The position numbers were made by a program, and so were the translations under genes. A model generated the notes under the pieces. It was not told the DNA's origin and ran no database searches. It worked only from the letters and a program-made list of their open reading frames with translations. A DNA stretch of 40,623 nucleotides, taken from NCBI RefSeq assembly GCF_006345805.1, contig NW_021835403.1, positions 1 through 40,623 of the forward strand. Reading direction: 5' to 3'. Every line of letters begins with the position of its first letter. Within the stretch, counting starts at the first letter, position 1. Positions 34,618 to 40,623 of this stretch are shown here, piece after piece. This DNA comes from Octopus sinensis. Taxonomy: Eukaryota.

Positions 34618-34660
34618 CTGTGTGTGTGTGTGTGTATGTGTGTGTGCATGTGTGTTTGTG
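34135..34660. repeat. (TATC)n/(TC)n/(TA)n/(TG)n compound microsatellite
   Basis: Direct reading. Confidence 0.95.
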
Positions 34661-35064
34661 TGTGCAGGTGTATACGTGTTTGTGTAAGTACATGTGTTTT
34701 TGCGTGCATTAATGTGTCTGTATGTTTCACTGCCTTGCTTCGGCATCAGTGGACGCTGGCGGTAATGGTAGTTTTAGTGTGAATGTTTGGAACGGTACAG
34801 GGAGTGTGCCGGTGGCATTAGGTAGGTGTTGGAGTGTGTGGTAGTGGTGTTAGAATTCGTGCTGTTGGTGTTGGTGTTGAAGCCGAAGCCGGTGGTTTGA
34901 CGACGGAGAACGTGAGGTGGTGGGAGCAACTTAAATTGCCCCGTGTTTATTTTATGCTACTTGGTTTAGTGTTCTTTGTTCTTGTTATTGTAGTTGTTAT
35001 AGCAGTTGGTGATGGTGTTTGAGGGGAGGGTTATAGTAAATGTATCTCTCTCACCCCTCTTCTC

Positions 35065-35127
<63 letters not shown>

Positions 35128-35271
35128 GTCTGTCTGTCTATCTGTCTATCTATCTGTCTATCTCTAAGATTGACACTGTCTTTACCAGGCTTCAAGTGTG
35201 AGGTGAGGTGTGATGTACTACCTACATCGTAACAACTCTATTAAAGTAAATATATAAGTATTGTAGTCTAA

Positions 35272-35495
35272 GTCTTTAGCATTCATACCAACCATATCAA
35301 GCAAGCCCAAGTATTCTACCTATTTTACGTTCAAGCTAACCAGATCACGCCTCTCACACCTATCCTTTAATGTCATTCTAAAAATGAACAACCACATCAT
35401 CGAAATCTCAAAGCTACAAGATGATGTATGATTAATTCAAAACGAAGTGAATAAATAAGTATTACATTTGACAGAGCAATCTGAATGCTAAAGGG
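35272..35495. mobile_element. piggyBac-type MITE (short TIRs)
   Basis: Perfect 12-bp inverted CTTTAGCATTCA (35274-35285 / 35482-35493); right end AAAGGG resembles a CCC terminus; TTAA targets degenerate. Confidence 0.55.
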
Positions 35496-35960
35496 TTTTA
35501 AAGACATTTTCTGATCCCACTATACTAGGATTAAAAGTAGCTTATTTCCAGATCTCAGAACATGTTATATAATTAATAAAAATCTTGGGTTTTTCTAACG
35601 TACTAATAAGGAATAGATACCTTTGTATTCTGGAATAGTCTGTTTGAATTTCATTTGGAACTGTTTAGAATTGTATTAGAAGAGAGAAAATGACATAAAT
35701 TGCGCATAAAGAAAATATACCAAAAAGGCTCTCTTTTTTTCTTGATTCTTAAACTACAATCGTTCTCCGAAGAAAAAATAGAAGAAAATATTCCATGAAT
35801 TTCCTCTACGCTGTAATTAATTTCATCATTAATTCTAATGAAACATCTCTCTTCATAATATATCTAATTACTAAATTATATGTTATATTATGCTGCAGGT
35901 TTTTTTTAAAAAGAACGAGATGGTTCGAGATATGAAAACCATCAACAAGAAATTGCAATA

Positions 35961-36215
35961 ATAGATAAATAAATGCGCCCTTTTAAAGCGGCTCATGGGC
36001 CCGGTTTCCTGGTTTCTATGGGGTATGTGTTCCCCAGCAGGACGGGACGCCAGTCCATCGAAATGTTACTCATTTTTGCCAGCTGAGTGGACTGGAGCCA
36101 CGTGAAATGCAATGTTTTGCTCAAGAACACAACGCGTCGCCCGGTCAGGAATCGAAACCACAATCTTACGATCATGATGCTGACACCCTAACCACTAAGC
36201 CACGGGCTTCCACAC
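35961..36215 (-). mobile_element. SINE family D with 13-bp TSD
   Basis: A-box TGGCTTAGTGG, B-box GTTTCGATTCC; TSD AGAAATTGCAATA at 35948-35960 and 36216-36228. Confidence 0.9.
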
Positions 36216-36532
36216 AGAAATTGCAATAGATAAAAGTAATTAAATATATTAACTCTCTGCTTCTTCTTTCGAGTATTCCTTTATTTTAAATTCAAATGTT
36301 TAATCTCACCTCTTGTGAAAAAAAATAGTTACATCCCTTGTATTAACGAGCATAACGAGAAGCTACAACATGTGTTTAATGTGTAAAACCACTTCATATA
36401 AGGATCTATAGTTTGAAACTTGATATGGTTTGATATCTATAATATGTAGGATGTCTTGATTTGAGCCTAAGAAATTATAGCAAACCTTGTTATAGTGTAG
36501 GGTGTATCAAAATGAAAAACAAATGATACATA

Positions 36533-36950
36533 GGCGCAGGAGTGGCTGTGTGGTAAGTAGCTTGCTAATCAACCACATGGTTCCGGGTTCAGTCCCACTG
36601 CGTGGCATCTTGGGCAAGTGTCTTCTGCTATAGCCCCGGGCCGACCAATGCCTTGTGAGTGGATTTGGTAGACGGAAACTGAAAGAAGCCTGTCGTATAT
36701 ATGTATATATATATATGTATGTGTGTGTGTGTTTGTGTGTCTGTGTTTGTCCCCCTAGCATTGCTTGACAACCGATGCTGGTGTGTTTACGTCCCCGTCA
36801 CTTAGCGGTTCGGCAAAAGAGACCGATGGATTAAGTACTGGGCTTACAAAGAATAAGTCCCGGGGTCGATTTTCTCGACTAAAGGCGGTGCTCCAGCATG
36901 GCCGCAGTCAAATGACTGAAACAAGTAAAAGAGTAAAGAGTAAAGAGTAA
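36533..36950 (+). mobile_element. SINE family A, full length, consensus-like (subfamily 1)
   Basis: Cleanest copy in the window; (TAAAGAG)n tail. Confidence 0.97.
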
Positions 36951-37221
36951 TGATAACTCCGTCGCTTACGACGACGAGGGTTGCTGGTCTTTATCAAGGT
37001 ATCTGCCTAAGAGAAAGCTAACTCGTATATGAAACCAGCTGCTCTGCTGAGCCAGATACCTTGCACTTTGCTTGTCTTTGGGCTTCTTGGTATTGCTAGT
37101 GAGAGTAATTGTAGTGTTATGCAAGCCGCACTCGACTTAAAACCAGTGGCGGCTAGTAAATAAAATTAGTGGGGCTACTGCTTCAGAAAAATTTTAGGTG
37201 TTGTTTTAATATTGTGTAAAA

Positions 37222-37453
37222 GCATAGCAAGTGACCTGATCTGAGATCGTGACCTGGTACGAAAGCAATTGCAGCATGGAAGGTATTAATAAGCCATTTA
37301 ATAACACAAACAAACACCGTTAAATTCACTTCAACATTTAAATTTAATTTTCCAAAATATTTTCGTTGCTTTGAGATCACGACCTGTTCACTAAATATAA
37401 CGGTTTTTGTGTGTTTCTTAAATGGCTTATAAACACCTTCCACGCTGCAATTG
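37222..37453. mobile_element. Family E, second locus, asymmetric fold-back
   Basis: Homologous to 27790-27960; 37266-37322 is inverted at 37398-37453. Confidence 0.85.
37350..37395 (-). ncRNA. Family-E hammerhead, decayed, G3-C8 core retained
   Basis: GUGAACA-G-GUCGU(gaucucaaa)GCAAC-GAA-AAUAUU-U; stem I eroded. Confidence 0.5.
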
Positions 37454-37475
37454 TTTATATATATATATATATATA

Positions 37476-37628
37476 TGACGGGTATCTTTCAAATTCTGTG
37501 TATCAAATCTACTCAAGACTTTGGTCAGCCCGAGACTATAGTAGAGGGTACTTATCCAAAGTGCCGGTACTGAACCCGGGACCATGTGGTTGGTAAGCAA
37601 GCTTCTTACCACACTGCCACTTCTGCGC
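37476..37628 (-). mobile_element. SINE family A, diverged 5' half
   Basis: gactgaacccggg.accatgtggttggtaagcaagct.cttaccacac..ccact.ctgcgc. Confidence 0.8.
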
Positions 37629-37631
37629 ATA

Positions 37632-37667
<36 letters not shown>

Positions 37668-37672
<5 letters not shown>

Positions 37673-37876
37673 TAATCCAAACATGAAAACAAAAGAGAAA
37701 ACACAACAACGCGAGGATGTGGAACAAATATAGTATTATTGGACGCTCAGGAAGGAAGGAAAGAAGGAGGGTTTAACGTTTCGAGCGGAGCTCTTCGTCA
37801 GAAACATAGGTAAAGGAAAGATCCAAAGAAGGGACGACGGAGGAAAAAAATTGCCAACGGTACACACGCGGTCACA
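37668..37876 (-). mobile_element. Family F (HHR-bearing), copy 4
   Basis: Full unit next to (TA)n. Confidence 0.85.
37771..37805 (-). ncRNA. Minimal type-I hammerhead ribozyme, family F, best copy
   Basis: GUUU-CUGACGA-A-GAGC(ucc)GCUC-GAA-ACGU-U-AAAC with all stems paired. Confidence 0.8.
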
Positions 37877-37884
37877 TTTTGATA

Positions 37885-37917
<33 letters not shown>

Positions 37918-38081
37918 TCGAAATGAGGAGCAGATAGACAGCCAACAACTGATGAAGGGTCCTTTCTCTGTGTTTATCTGTCCTGGTTTCCATTTTTTCT
38001 CGCTATTTTTGTATTTCATGTTATTTGCACTGTTGGCGACGTCCTGTACCCATATATGCATGTATGTGTATATATATATAA

Positions 38082-40623
38082 ACTTAGATATGTTTCGACC
38101 AAAGATTGGTCCAGGTCATGTCTAACTTAATGGCACCATCTGATAGGATTAGCTAAATCCTTTTTAAATCAAGTTTCGTTCATGGTCCATTCAAGTAGTG
38201 AGTTCTTGTTGAATGAGTTGTATCAAAGTATGTGTTGCTTACCTGGTATTCCTTGAAGAAATCTGTCCTGACTCCGTTTAAAGGTGATGGGATCCTTTTC
38301 CTCTTTGATCAGTTTTGGGACAATGTTAAACAGGGCAGGGCCTGTTGAGGAAAAGAAATTATGTCGCAGTGTACCTATATGTTGTGATCCTGAATTGGGC
38401 AGGAGACGTATGGCCGGTGGTCCCAGTCTTGGATGAACCTTGAAGCTAATGTTCAGGTCGTTTGGGCAAAGTTGGCGGTTTATTCTCCACATCGTACAAA
38501 TGATGTACAGCTTGCGGAGGCTCTGGAGAGAGTAGAGTTTCAAGGTTTTAATGCGGTCCCAGTAATCGAGATCAGCTATGCCTTCAATTCGTTTAGTGAG
38601 TGCCCTGTGGGGTGATTCAATCCTCGAGATGCTTTGTTTTGTATGAGGAAACCACAAGGGGCAGCAGTATTCGAGGTGTGGCCGTACAAAGGAGGAGAAA
38701 CGTGGAATGATGACACCTTGTTCTCTGGACCGGAATGTTCTTAAGATCCAGGAGCTCATCCTACGAGTTATATTGACCTTATTGTTGATGTAGGCACTCC
38801 GTCTGAGATTGTTATCAACAATTACATCCAGGTCTCTTATATTATTAGATGCTGTGAGCGGTTCCCCTGAAGGAAGAGAGTATGGCTGTTTTAATATAGA
38901 CTTTCTTCCAAAAGGCATCAGCTCAAATTTTCTCTCGTTCAGTTGCATTTTGTTTTTGTCTGCCCATTGACTCACAGCATATAGGTCAGACTGGAGTTGA
39001 GTTCGGTCTTCTTCTTCATTGATGATTTTCTGGAGCTTAGTGTCATCAGCAAATATTTTCACTTTGCAGTGATTTACGAAGCTGGAAAGGTCATTTATGT
39101 AAATCATAAAGAGGAGCGGGACCAAGACAGTCCTCTATGGGACACCACTGGTGATTTTTGCTGGGCTTGACTGAACTCCATCGACCACAACTTCTTGTTT
39201 CTATTCGCCAGGAAATATTTAATCCAGTGTAGAAGTTTTCCAGGGATTCCAACATTTACCAATTTTGAGAGTAAGATATTATGGTCAACCCTGTCGAACG
39301 CTTTACTGAAGTCAAGATATATGACATCAGAGTTCGAACCTGTTCCCAAGGCTTTAAGTATATCTTCAATGTGGTGCAAGAGCCATGCCGATTTGCATTT
39401 AGGAGTTTGTGGGTCTCCAGGAAGTCAGCTATCCTTGATCTTAACACTCTTTCAAACACTTTAATGATGTGGGAGGTGAGTGAGATTGGGCGATAATTGA
39501 TTGCGAGTAATCGGTTTCTCTGTTTGAAAACTGGGATGACAGACTGGGATATGAGCTGTTTCGGTATATAACCTGAGTCTAAAGAATTTCTCCAAAGGTT
39601 GGTCAAAGAAACTGCAAGTTGATGTCTACATTCTTTCAGGAGACTAGCGGAGAATCTATAAAGACAGAGCAGTATTGTTTCTGCAGTATTTCTGCCATTT
39701 CTTTAACATCGTGTTGGGGAATGACGTTATCATCGATCAATGGCCCAATGGGTGAGACAGTGGTTCTATGCATATTTGCATAAGAATAGAACACATTTGG
39801 GTTCTGTTTGATGTTTTTGATTACCTACTGTTCCTCCGCAGCTCTTTGATTTTCATTGGAGGATTTCATATCGGTTTGCAAATGAAGTTTTTCCAACTCT
39901 AAACTTTTCATTGTTGTTGGATGTGGATGTTGTATGTGGCAGTATTTTAATTGGTTGATTTTTTATTGAGTCTGTTGATGTGCCTGATGAGTGTCTTTTT
40001 TCTTTTTAGGGAACTGGTTTCTATTTGTGTTAGAGGATTTCGTTGGAGCGTGTTTTGTAGCATGTATAGGTGACAATGTTCTCAAAGGGTTGCCATGCAG
40101 TCTCGATGTGAGTGGAACAGAGAGTGAAAGACCAGTCGATGAACGATAAATCTTTTCTGATTGCTCCCCAGTCTGCTTTGTGGGATTTTATGTTGTTAAA
40201 TGAGTGCCGTGTAGTGGGATTGGCTGATTTGGTTTTGATATGCGGGGAATTAAGATTGCAGAGTATCATTTCGTGGTCTGAAAGGAGAGTTTTTTCAACT
40301 GAAATACTGTGAACGGAGCTAGAGTGGTTGGTTAATATTAGATCCGAGATCGTTTTATTCTGTCTTGTTGGTTCGAGCACAGATAAATTCTTCCTAACTC
40401 TAGCTGAGTCAGGAAGAATTTATCCATTCGATTAAAGAGTAATTTTGCTCCTGCTTTATTTGATGTAGAGCATTTGCCTAACTTCAGAGTATTTGTGGGC
40501 CAGTTTATATGAAGGAGGTTAAAATCACCCATCACTGTTATGTTCCTGGAGTTGTATTTTTGAAGGAAGGACTTGATTTTGTTGAGGCACTCTTCAAGAC
40601 ACTTTAGAGATGCTTGGGGAGAC
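38082..40623 (-). mobile_element. CR1-group (CR1/L2/Crack-like) LINE ORF2 remnant: APE end, RT and 3' UTR; runs off the window
   Basis: MGDFNL..INW; PTR....DLIL...LSDH; NYRPISLTS; YLDFSKAFDRVDH; GTVL.PLLFMIYINDL; IFADDTKL; RPHLEYC (ORFs 40338-40535, 40030-40380, 39256-39606, 39104-39379, 38223-39125); multiple frameshifts. Confidence 0.95.

Noticed and set aside
36957-36992. About 30 bp matching the SINE-C 3' end, and CAGTGGCGGC at about 37144 as a possible transposon terminus
   Set aside because: Too short, and no partner terminus found; not reported as features.
37949-37960. CTGATGAAGGG, possible fourth hammerhead in the 37915-38065 repeat
   Set aside because: No stem II partner or GAAA downstream; at most a truncated remnant.

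Overview
Gene-poor, AT-rich eukaryotic DNA dense in (TA)/(TG)/(TATG)/trinucleotide microsatellites and decayed mobile elements; no host protein-coding exon could be supported. The SINE families look like those I recognise from octopus (coleoid cephalopod), which is an inference. Contents: four tRNA-derived SINE families (A-D here; A has about 15 full or partial copies in two diagnostic subfamilies), two CR1-group LINE remnants, two R4/Dong-like fragments, one I/Jockey-like fragment, two Penelope-like element (PLE) remnants (one with RT, linker and GIY-YIG), three Tc1/mariner remnants, and probable hAT and piggyBac-type MITE pieces. Main discovery candidate: three unrelated short non-coding repeat families next to (TA)n, each carrying a minimal type-I hammerhead ribozyme (HHR) with one extra base after A9 and a palindromic helix III (ACGU, ACAGCUGU, AAUAUU). 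One family has a compensatory G3-C8 core swap (GUGAACA) at two loci. Two families occur as head-to-head fold-backs with 3' ends facing outward. Most long ORFs in the supplied track are microsatellite artefacts.
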